From: a virus
Taxonomy: Duplodnaviria; Caudoviricetes
Virus record (IMG/VR): IMGVR_UViG_3300020037_005233
Span: 49,447 to 113,446 of that record
Direction: 5' to 3' (one strand)
Length of the DNA stretch: 64,000 nucleotides
Shown: positions 36,573-46,402 of the stretch, one piece after another
How positions within the stretch are numbered: the first letter of the stretch is position 1
Layout of the letters: each line of letters opens with the position of its first letter
Notes under the pieces: model-generated
Database searches by the model: none
What the model saw: only the letters and a program-made list of their open reading frames with translations
What the model was told of the DNA's origin: nothing
Program-made: the position numbers and the translations under genes

Positions 36573-36741
36573 GGCGGCGAGCGGCGATTACGCTCTTTAC
36601 TCTCTCTCGTTTGAGTACCGCCTTATTTGCGCGTCTCGGGTCGGTTTTTTATTGCCGACGGCTCTTGAGTTCCGATTACTCAAATTGGTTAGCACGTTTC
36701 CTAACCTAGAACCATTTGTGCACTTTCGTACTGACGCGCAA
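36573..36741 (-). ncRNA. Second cluster of structured RNA elements (unknown class)
   Basis: GGCGG/CCGCC three-way junction, then TTGCGCGTC/GACGCGCAA closing stem enclosing four hairpins. Confidence 0.55.
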
Positions 36742-36747
36742 TCTTTG

Positions 36748-37188
36748 TCACTGACAGTAGTTCTTTTTCAAGTCCTTCATCGCGTCCAAGACTTTCGTGA
36801 TGTCAGATAGTGTTACACCGCTTGAGTCTTTGATAAGCACGGTGATTGCTCTACGGTTTAAACCAGACTTTAAAAGTTTTTCTGCCGAATCTGAAATGCT
36901 GACAATAGATTTTGCCAAAACCTTCGCCGCTACTTCTTCACCCTCAACCTGCTCAACTTCAATCTTCTTTTTTCTCATCTTCTCTCCTCCAGCCCCGGCG
37001 GCTTTTGCTGTCGCACACTTCCTGCATACAGGATCGTTTCCACGTTTTGCTTCAATCATTTTTATTTCCTCTGCGGTAGGTGGGTCGCACGCAATGAATC
37101 GCTTGCCACAAAAAGACTCGTAATAATCCCCATCCCTCAGTTTCGATAAGTCTTCTACCATCATAATATGTGTAACGTGTCTCGGCAT
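36748..37188 (-). CDS. Zn-finger domain fused in frame to a helical domain
   Basis: TH...FCG...CRKC N-terminus; internal GGAGGAG RBS before MRKKKI. Confidence 0.55.
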   Translation of the reverse strand: MPRHVTHIMMVEDLSKLRDGDYYESFCGKRFIACDPPTAEEIKMIEAKRGNDPVCRKCATAKAAGAGGEKMRKKKIEVEQVEGEEVAAKVLAKSIVSISDSAEKLLKSGLNRRAITVLIKDSSGVTLSDITKVLDAMKDLKKNYCQ

Positions 37189-37217
37189 ATTTCTTCCTGT
37201 ACTACAAACCGCCCTGC

Positions 37218-37676
37218 TTAGGTGTCAGCGACGATTTCATCTCCCACAAATTTCAGTGTTTGTGTTATCACGGGCTTATTTATGATCGCCCACACACGGT
37301 TAGCTACCCTAGCAGCTACAAGCCACTTTGTTGTGCCATCTTCATACCCTGATATTGCGCCCTCTACCACGATCATGCACTGATCAATTGCATTATCCAC
37401 GTCCGATTTAACCTTCTTTAAAAAGGCTTTCTTCTCTTCTTCAGTCAATATCCTGCCTGTACCAGTTTTTTCTTTGGATTCATCGCGGTCTTGTTTTAGC
37501 TTCATCAGTGTTTTAAACATGTACTCACTATCCTGCGATAGGCGGTGCAAGCAGTTCTTACAGTTTGCATCTAAGTCGTGGCCTACTACAGTAGTAGTGA
37601 GACCTTTCTTGTGTCCACAGAATGTCCTGCCGTTAGTGCCCTCAATATGTGTTGTCATTATTTCTCCCCCGCACAT
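37218..37676 (-). CDS. H-C-CxxC zinc-finger family protein
   Basis: TTHI...FCG...NCKNC. Confidence 0.55.
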   Translation of the reverse strand: MCGGEIMTTHIEGTNGRTFCGHKKGLTTTVVGHDLDANCKNCLHRLSQDSEYMFKTLMKLKQDRDESKEKTGTGRILTEEEKKAFLKKVKSDVDNAIDQCMIVVEGAISGYEDGTTKWLVAARVANRVWAIINKPVITQTLKFVGDEIVADT

Positions 37677-40319
37677 TCATCGTGTACAGCCCTTGCCCGA
37701 GCCTTCTCCGTAGTTATTAGGATTGCCTCTTTGGTTTTCTCTAGCGCTACTTGTGGAGATGCTGACCAGTCTGTGTACACAGTTACTTTCGCCTTTTCTG
37801 CATCATACAAAGAATCCATAAGCTTGCTACTCAGCCTATGTATTCTCTTGTAATGGTGCTTTACTTGTTTTGGTGTTGGCATTTTTGCTCCCGATCTTCT
37901 CTAAAAAGTTTGCAATCTTAGATAGTCTAAGCGCGTATTTGTGGATACGTTTAGCTAGTGCACGCGGATTCTCGTCTTCGTCTACAACGCACCCGCAAAA
38001 ATCTAACGCGTACTCAATTTCAATATCTCCTGGTTCCGCAAAGTGCTCTGCGTAAACATCTCTTTTTAGCGTGATACCGTAAATTTCTTTGTTATAGTGC
38101 ATATAAAGTCCCCTAATTAAGTTACCATTAGCGTTATTTTCACACCTCACCAGCCGCTTTCGTTTCTAGCACCAATAGCTTAGTGTGCTTGTGATATCCT
38201 GTGGCCAGATCACCCCTGTCATGTTGCGGGTAACTCACCTCTTGGTAAACAAGATGTGGGCCGTTGTGAGCAAGCCAAATCTTTTCACCATCTAAAATCT
38301 TCTTCATCTCCGCGTTCTCTTCACTCAAATCAGCGTTGTGATTAGCGAGCTTGCGCCCTAGCTCTTTTGACATGTTTAGCTGGCTCTCCAACTCTGCAAT
38401 CCTTTGTGCTGCTGTGTATGCGGCCATATTTATATGATAAAGCTTATCTACAATGTCAGCTGGCTCGTCCTTGATTTTCTTCTTTAATAGACGGCCTCCA
38501 ATTTCATGAGAAGAACAAATCAAATACTTTTCAACAAATCCATCTACCTTTATTTTACACTTATCGCGGATTACATCTTCATTAGAAGTTGCCAGCCCAA
38601 TCGCATCAATGGTGTCTCGGATTCTTCTTTTCAGAAAAGGAACAAAAACCCAAACCCTATCCCCAACATTCCAATTAGTTTCCATTTTTCCACCTTGGCT
38701 TGAACAGAATGCAAGTAATTACATACGGCGGGTTTAATCTAGATATGATGCTTTTAAACTCACAACCATCTTGATGTGTCTGAGAATTAAACGCGCCAAC
38801 ACTAACTGACATGAAAGACCAAGAAAATAACGTAACCATTATTAATTCTCTATTATAACTGTTCATTACACTGAATACTCTTTGAGAGCATAAGTCTTTA
38901 AGTGTCTTCATAAATGCCTTCATTCTAATAACTCCTTCAACGCCTCGCAAAACGCATAAGAATTTGATCCAGTGCAATTATAATACATCCGATTCAAACT
39001 CTGCTTCTTAGTCTGAACAACAGCAGATACGCTCGCAACTATTCCAATAACCGCAAATAGAAAAAGGACAAGCATTAAAAAGACCTGTAAAAAATCTAAG
39101 AACTGATTTGTTTTAACCTTCTTTTTCTTTTTCACTTACTCTCCTAACGATCCAACTTACACTTACGCTCCAACTCGTTCATCTTAAGCCCAAGATCCAA
39201 AAGATCCGCTCTGATCGCATCGTTCTCTCTACCACACCTATCTTTGCTAAGCTGGTCCGGGTCATACCAAAATCTATTGCGAGACACCTCACACCCCAGG
39301 AGGTATCCGGGGTTTGTGACCTGTACCCAATTCTTGTAGACGCACCCGCCACTAACCACGGTGTTTGTTATGCCGAACATAAAACCCGCTAGCTGAATCA
39401 TGGACACCACCACAAATACGTTCTCTTTCATGTCTCTACCCCTTCTAAGCGTTCTTCGTACATTTGTTCAGTGAGTTGTGTCCAATGAGATATAACCACA
39501 GGTTTTGACCCAGTATGCTCCGCTATAAACCGTGATACCTTCTTAATAGGGAACCAGCCCTCTGTTGTTTTTATGTATATAGACCCAAAAATGCCGCCGT
39601 CTAGCACATAAAACACATACCAATAATGGTTCATCTTATTTCCCAAGCTCGTATTTTATTAAAACAAGTTTATACTCTTCTGATATTTTTAGTTTCGTGA
39701 TCTCAGAGATGGTTGTCTCTTTAGATGATTTCCTTGGCGCTGGCTTAGAGTCTTTCCTGACCTTGGGGTGCCCTGGCTGCCTAAGTACTGCACTCGTGCC
39801 TTTCTTAAAATCGTAGTAAGTCCCTATCCCCAGCCCGTGATTTTTAATGACTATGTTCTTGTTAACATCTGTGCTGCTTGCGAGCACAGTGTCGATACTA
39901 GCCACTAATTCTGTTAGTTCTTCTTTTGTTCTCTTTATTCTCATCTTAGGTCCCCTTCATAATCGTTATCTAAGTTCTTACAAAGCCACTTTGCCTCTAC
40001 ATAAAGATCTTCATCAGTAATACGCGAGTGCTCTAGGGCTTTGTGCTGTAGCGGTTTATTAATCTTGCCTGCGTACCAGTAAGCTAATCGATACATCACC
40101 CTCATCAGTTTATGCTTTATAAATATTTTCATCGTGCTCTCCTGTGCTAACCCCAGCTGTCTCAGGGTCGCTTCCCACCCCGTGAATTTCTTCGATGTAT
40201 GGCTCAAAACCGTCTGTACTCAATCGTACAATAGTGCCGTCCATGTACGAGCCTGCGTAAACCCATTTTCCCCAGTACCACGTCTTAAACCTTATTTTCA
40301 TCACAGGCCCCTTAAAATT

Positions 40320-40354
40320 AAAAAGGCGGTACAAACTGTAAAGTTCGTACCGCC
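40320..40354 (-). terminator. Rho-independent terminator
   Basis: GGCGGTAC/GTACCGCC stem with T-run on the minus strand. Confidence 0.6.
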
Positions 40355-40359
40355 AATAC

Positions 40360-40376
40360 TAGGCAAAAAGTGCCTA
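40360..40376. promoter_or_regulatory. TAGGCA-N5-TGCCTA operator palindrome
   Basis: Perfect TAGGCA-AAAAG-TGCCTA between a minus-strand TTGACT and TAGTAT. Confidence 0.6.
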
Positions 40377-40985
40377 AGTAGTCAACTAGAAATTATATGG
40401 AGGGTTGCCCCTAGCACCGCCGACCCAAACACCAGCCAAAATATCATCTGATGACTAGCCATTTGGTGCTTTCCGTTCCAAATAAATGAGTAGGTTTTCC
40501 ATAGCCTGGTCCTCTGTCTCTGCCATCAGGCTTAGGGCTGGGGCGGAGTGGTTGACATAATCAACTAGGTACTTCCCCGTCATTAGTTTGCTCACTGTCA
40601 CCGGGCGCCCCAATAACTTCTCCAGCTTCGTCAGTTTTTCCGGCTTCTGCTTTGTTTCTTCCATTTTTAATATTCTCCAATGTTTTTAATAGTTCTGCTG
40701 CTTCTTCTTTGGTCTGTAGTAATCCAGCCTTTAGCCACAGATCAAGTGTGTTATCTACCTCATTCTCACCCTCCAGGCAGAGCCTTAGGCTGGTGGCTGT
40801 GTCGGTAGCGTCTCTGGTCTCTTCCATGATTTTACGGCACGTCTCTTCTGCGTTTTTAAGGTGGTGTAGCGTGTCTATATCAATGGTAAAACCCTTGCCG
40901 CCCTCAAACAAAAAACATGTATAGCATGAGACAGGGTCTTCCCCCGCCCAAAGTAACTTTTTACCTACAAAATCTTTTAACTGCG

Positions 40986-41987
40986 TCATCTGTTCTCCTC
41001 TATACAAGCGGTTACTCTACCCAAAATCGTTTCGAACTTCTCCGCAGACAGTACCAACCTATCCCCTGTCGGCTGTTTATACAGAGTGTCCCCTGGCTTA
41101 ACATTAGACTCCAAGCCCTGCCCCATGCCCATGACGTCGCCGTGCATACAATCGACGTAATGAACAAACGCAGCCTCCTGGCATGCGAACCTAACAGGTG
41201 ACCCCCACTCAAGCATGCGGTGATGACTTAAAACCACGTGCATCATAAAGTCTCTGATGATCTCAGGTACTTTATAAATGTTTGCAGCCTCAAAGATCAG
41301 TGCTGCTGTCATTGGGATATGTGGGACAAGCGTTCCTTGCAGCGTCTTCTTGAACCCGGCTTCACTGCTGTATTCAAAGATTTTACCGAAATCGTGGAAC
41401 ATAACCCCGAACATACACAGATCTTTATTCAGTTGTTTACTGTAAAAGGGAAGGCTAAGTAACGCCTCCGCAGACTCGAGCATCTCAACCGTGTGTTCAA
41501 GTAGTCCTGACTTAAACGCGTGGTGAATCCCTGTAGCTGCAGGCCCCTGTTCAAACTTCTCCCTGTACCCACTGTTAGCTACCAGTAAGTGCTCAGCCAC
41601 TTGCTGAAACCAGGGATGGTTAAAGTCGTTGATGTAATGATCTAGTTTACTGCTTAGGTCTTCTACCGTGTACTTACTCCTGATCTCATAATCAGACATA
41701 TCTACACCGTCTGTCACAGGCACGATATTCTGCATGCTAACCTGCAGCGCTCCGTTGTATTCTGTTGCAGTACCAGTGACAAAGCTGATGCTGCCATCTG
41801 GTGGAGTACCCATATGAGGTGTCCAATTCCACATCACCGCGGAAAGCGCACCAGTCTTATCCTGTATCTTAAACCTAGCATAGGGTTTACCAGACTTAGT
41901 CTGTGCCGCTACAAAATCTTTGATAAGCGCCTCGGTACTTACCGCGTCGCCAACCTTAACATCACGTATGTAAGATTCTTTGCTCAT
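40986..41987 (-). CDS. YhaM/Cbf1-like OB-fold plus HD-domain nuclease
   Basis: TKSGKPY....IQDKTG (OB fold); PAA...HHA...GLLEH; HDFGK; LSHH. Confidence 0.85.
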   Translation of the reverse strand: MSKESYIRDVKVGDAVSTEALIKDFVAAQTKSGKPYARFKIQDKTGALSAVMWNWTPHMGTPPDGSISFVTGTATEYNGALQVSMQNIVPVTDGVDMSDYEIRSKYTVEDLSSKLDHYINDFNHPWFQQVAEHLLVANSGYREKFEQGPAATGIHHAFKSGLLEHTVEMLESAEALLSLPFYSKQLNKDLCMFGVMFHDFGKIFEYSSEAGFKKTLQGTLVPHIPMTAALIFEAANIYKVPEIIRDFMMHVVLSHHRMLEWGSPVRFACQEAAFVHYVDCMHGDVMGMGQGLESNVKPGDTLYKQPTGDRLVLSAEKFETILGRVTACIEENR

Positions 41988-42718
41988 CTTGTTTCTCTTT
42001 CTCCAGCATCTCTAGAAAATAAAGCTTATACTCTTCTGTAGAAGCCATGATCTCTCTGTTAACAGATGCAAATATTTGTTGCTGATCAGCCTTAGCGCCT
42101 TGCCTAACTAGATCGTGTGCAAGCATCTGCGCCACAAGCTCTAGAGACACCCTGAACGCGATTTCCATCTTAAGCTCGCTGTCAAAAGTCTTTAGGTACT
42201 CAAGCCTGTGTTTGTCTTCTAATTTAGATGGCACCCACCCACTTTTATAAAACTCTCCTAGCTTCTCCCCAAAAGCATTAAGTATCTCTGATTTACTGGC
42301 CAGGGCCATTGCCTGATATGTTTCTTTATCTACATTACTTTCCATTTATTCTCCTAATTCACGCACAAGATCAGCAGCAAATCTAAGCTCTGATTCGGTT
42401 ATTGATACCGCGACAGTATTCTTGCCTTCGTGAAAAGCCAACAGGCTTTTCCCTGTCCTAGTTTTTAAAATATACAGCGTAAGCTCGCGATTAATGGCCA
42501 CGCGTTTTGTGTCCTCATACATCTCCTCTAAGCCACTATCTATGTGCTTAATCGCGTCCACATGCCTACGCCTTTCAAGACGCATAGCATCTATTTTTTG
42601 ATCTGCGCTAAGCTTATCAAAAGATATTAAGTCCAGTTGTTGGTCGAACATGAATTATTTCTCCTAAACTACTTATGCCCGAAATAAATCATATTTTTCC
42701 AACGTAGGCAGGCTAGAA

Positions 42719-43303
42719 CTAAACCTTAAAAACGCGGAGGAAACCAACGACAGGCATGTCAGCAGTACCCACAACCGCCCTAGTGCGTCGATAGACACCA
42801 TCACCCTCGCGTACAACCCCTGCTCCAGGCCCGGTATTGCCCTCAATAGTGCCCACAGTCCCATCACCGTTCACGAGCTCAACCACACCCACATGACCTG
42901 AGGCGGTCTTACCGTGCCTCCAAATAATCAAACACCCTGGCTCAGGGTCCTTCAAGCGCATAAGTGAGCTGGTCTGATTCCAGACAGTCAAACAATGCTC
43001 TGATTTATAGACAGGGGACTTAACCGCAAGCTTATCCTCAACCTCTTTAATACAGAACTGAGAAAATGCCATGCACCAAGACTCCCCCTGTGCCTTGCCA
43101 TCTACAGCCTTCTGAAACCGTTCTACATCAGCTCCCTTGTTAGGGCCACCGACCTCGCGTACACCGATATACTTCTTAAATGTTTCTAATAGTTCGTCTG
43201 CTGGTGTGGATGTTACCGGCGCCATCTGATCAGGCTGCCCCTCCACACAACTATCGTCTGGTTTCCACGGCTTCTCTAAATTAGAGCTATCAGAGGTGCC
43301 CAT
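42719..43303 (-). CDS. CHAP-domain peptidoglycan hydrolase
   Basis: YIGVRE, SWCMAF, PG.LIIW, GHVGVV, TIEGNT; start chosen at MGTSDS. Confidence 0.8.
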   Translation of the reverse strand: MGTSDSSNLEKPWKPDDSCVEGQPDQMAPVTSTPADELLETFKKYIGVREVGGPNKGADVERFQKAVDGKAQGESWCMAFSQFCIKEVEDKLAVKSPVYKSEHCLTVWNQTSSLMRLKDPEPGCLIIWRHGKTASGHVGVVELVNGDGTVGTIEGNTGPGAGVVREGDGVYRRTRAVVGTADMPVVGFLRVFKV

Positions 43304-44057
43304 CGGAAATTTCCTTCCTTCTTTTCTTAGCGGCACATCCAAGATGGTATGCAATACCAGTACTCGCACCATGTTCAACCCTCTTCCCGCAATACCTGCA
43401 GGGCTTTCTACACCTAACACACAGACCACTAGCAAAAGAGCCTACGCTACTACAGCCATCGCATTTGCTAATGGATTTGTAAGGCCTGTTGCCACTGCCT
43501 TTAACTACTACAGCCACCGGCTTATACCCGTAAAGTTCTTCTTCAAAACTACCCACAGCAAGTTTTTTATTTCGCCACGTCATAGCAACGCAACATAACA
43601 TATTTCAATAGCTAAAGTGAAGCGGCCGCTATCATAGCGACTGCCCCACAAACCACCTTTTATTGTTGCTTTTAACGATCACCCATCTGTAGAATTGCCG
43701 CTCCAGTTGTTTTTAATTTCAGCCATTGTCTTTGCAAACATATCCTCTGCCACCGAAAACGCCTTTCTAACCCTGGCTACTTGATCAGGGGCGGTGACAC
43801 GAAACCACACCGTAGTACCTTTACCGGAGCACAGCTCACAATCAGCCTCACCAATAGATCCTATACCAACACAACTACTGCACACTTTTTCCACTAGGTT
43901 TCTCCTTTATTCCAAACCAGCCCCTTGCCCATTTATCTGCTTCTTCACGTGTCTTGTGCTTTCCGCTAAGAATTAGCCCTCCAGGATAACAAACAATAAA
44001 GAATGTCTCACCTGCCTTCGTATACTCATCTATTCGATAATGTGCTTTGCTCATGGG

Positions 44058-44945
44058 TCATACCTCATTAATAGGATGTATCCAGCTGCTCTCTAACTCA
44101 GATAGTCTCCAGAGAATGATCATTGGGTGATCATACTCAAAGTAACCTACCTGTGTAGTGGCTAATCCACCCGGGATTTTTCCAGCGGCCTCTCTGTAAA
44201 CGCGTACAGCGTAATCAGTAATTGCTTTGCCGCCGTACCAAGGAATGTTGTTTCTTCTGCTTAGGTAAGCCTCAACCACCATCCAAGTAGTTCTCCAACT
44301 ATCTTGCTCGTTATAGCTCTTTTTGCTGGACTGAATAACAGTCACTGCCCATGCAACGGAGTAGAACAAACACCTGATCCAATTCCCAAGCGCTAGGTTA
44401 GTCATGTACCTGACCACAGGAAACCTTCCCACCCAAGCCTCTACATTCCACCTGCCGTCTGGATGTTTATACTTAGTTGCTCCAGGCCTACCGGGTAAGT
44501 ACTGCTCGTTGTTCATATAGTACCTGATCCCGAGCGGCCACCTGCGTTTTCTCAGTTCTTTTGCTAGGCCGAAAAGATGTGTGTGCCTCACTATAGTGTA
44601 GAAACATAACAAAGCTAAGTAGTCGTCCCAAGCCTGTTGGTCGTTATGGGGGACAGGGGACCTGTGTAGGATATAACTATTGCCAACAAAGCACTTAGTT
44701 ATGGCTTCTGTAATAATACCGTGTTCAGAGATAAGTGTACCGTCGTACTCAGCCAACTCTTCATCTGTGTATTCATCGCCAGTGAGGTAGTGTGGTAGGG
44801 TAGCTAGAATAATTCCGTAGAACGCTGAATAAGCCACACCGTTACCGGAAGCATTTCTTTGCCCAGGCGTAGTCTTGCCAGGAGCTACTAATCCGTCTGC
44901 ATCTCTATATTGATTCATTATTTTTAATTGTTTTAACATTTCCAT
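44058..44945 (-). CDS. Hypothetical protein
   Basis: 295 aa with GGGGGA RBS; aromatic-rich; no motif recognised. Confidence 0.65.
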   Translation of the reverse strand: MEMLKQLKIMNQYRDADGLVAPGKTTPGQRNASGNGVAYSAFYGIILATLPHYLTGDEYTDEELAEYDGTLISEHGIITEAITKCFVGNSYILHRSPVPHNDQQAWDDYLALLCFYTIVRHTHLFGLAKELRKRRWPLGIRYYMNNEQYLPGRPGATKYKHPDGRWNVEAWVGRFPVVRYMTNLALGNWIRCLFYSVAWAVTVIQSSKKSYNEQDSWRTTWMVVEAYLSRRNNIPWYGGKAITDYAVRVYREAAGKIPGGLATTQVGYFEYDHPMIILWRLSELESSWIHPINEV

Positions 44946-44956
44946 TGTAGTCCCCC

Positions 44957-44996
44957 AAAAAGAAAAGACACGCTGAGGTTACCCAGTCGTGTCTTT
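44957..44996 (-). terminator. Rho-independent terminator
   Basis: AAAGACACG/CGTGTCTTT stem with T-run on the minus strand. Confidence 0.6.
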
Positions 44997-45022
44997 AACG
45001 TAGTAGCCAAAGTCCGTGTGAA

Positions 45023-45082
45023 TTACTTTGATTTCTTTGCTGATTTCTTTGCTGCCTTTTTTGCTGTTTTTTTCTTAGCCAT
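45023..45082 (-). CDS. 19-aa Lys/Ala-rich peptide (MAKKKTAKKAAKKSAKKSK)
   Basis: Strong AAAGGAG RBS 6 nt upstream; also in frame with a longer upstream ORF. Confidence 0.45.
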   Translation of the reverse strand: MAKKKTAKKAAKKSAKKSK

Positions 45083-46402
45083 GTTTTGCTCCTTTCTTTG
45101 AGATTTATCGATTATTTTTGCTAAATTATTCATATCAATGCTTAGGCGTCTAATCAGGCTCCTGACCTCGTACTCATAACCAGTCACAATAGATTGCGCT
45201 GATCTAGAGCCGAAGATCTTATAAAGCATTGCTGAAATACTAGGCATTTGCTTTGAGTTTCTTGGCCTTGGCTTTAGGTAAACTTCTATGTAACAACTCT
45301 CGCAATAGGGCTGCAATATCTGTAAGAGCTTCTGCCTGAATGCACTCGTTCTCCAACACTCGCCGGACAAAAGCTAGGTGAGTCTCCTGGTAAGTCTCCG
45401 TGCTTTGCTTATGCACCTCGAGCTCTTTGCTGTGCATGTCCAAAGCCGCCTGAACTCTAAGTGCTAGCTCACGCGTAGACTTGGTAACTTCTGCCGTAAT
45501 AAGAGCCTTCAACTTCTTCTCACTAATAAACATTATAAAGTATTCCCTTCCTTATTCAAAACCACGTTTTCAGTAACTAGGCAAGTTTTTCTTATATAGT
45601 GTCTAGGAATCTTTTTATAGAGGTGCCGTGGTCTTTTCAGAAATGACTGCTGCTGCACAAACACCAAACGGTTTGAAACAGAACATCTAGCGGTAATCCA
45701 GCCATCTGGTCTCACCCGAACAATCTCTATTTTAGTGCCCTTTCCCCTACCCACCAGTCGTTGCCATATCTGTCCTGGCTTAAGATTTTTCAGCTCCATT
45801 TTTTAACTCCCAATAAACCCTATAAAGCCTTGCCCAGGCTCCAGAGTCAGTCACGTCCCTGTACACCTTTTGGTAAGCAGCAAGCAGCTCCTCGTACCTA
45901 GGATGTGTCCGCAAAGAGCGCTGGTCTTGCTGTATCCTAAGTACGAGTTCCTGTTGCTGTTTCGTCAACCTGCGATTCCTGAGCATCTGCTACAGAGGCT
46001 AACAATTGTTCAAACGTTTTTGCAACCCACTTAGTGCCATCAAATACATGGGCGGTGTAGTTGAAATCCTTCTTAAGGCTGTCCCTAACAATGACTGCCA
46101 AACCTATGTGAGGGTTCTGTGGCAGATCAGCCTCGGTATCCACTATCTGCGGCATCGCTAAAAAGCTCATTTTCTCTCTCCATTCCTGCATCATAAATAA
46201 AGAGTGCTTGTGCGGGTTTACCCTAAGCACTTCCCCAGATATAGTTTTATAGTACCAGCACTTTTCCGTCTTTATGAAGTCCCCCACTGGGGTCCCACCA
46301 CAAATAGTCCATGCCGGCACGTCTTCAGCGTACGTGCTATTCTCTAACATACTCACTCCTAAAAATAGGGGGACTTGGCTTAAACCAAATCCCCCATTAC
46401 CT

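Noticed and set aside
35699-36741. tRNA or tmRNA genes in the structured gaps
   Set aside because: No TTC T-loop, no 7-nt anticodon loop in a proper cloverleaf and no CCA end; kept as unknown structured RNA.
42719-43435. Long N-terminal extension (possible signal anchor) on the CHAP protein
   Set aside because: The extension overlaps ORF 43290-43601, and a purine-rich RBS precedes the Met at 43303, so the shorter start is preferred.
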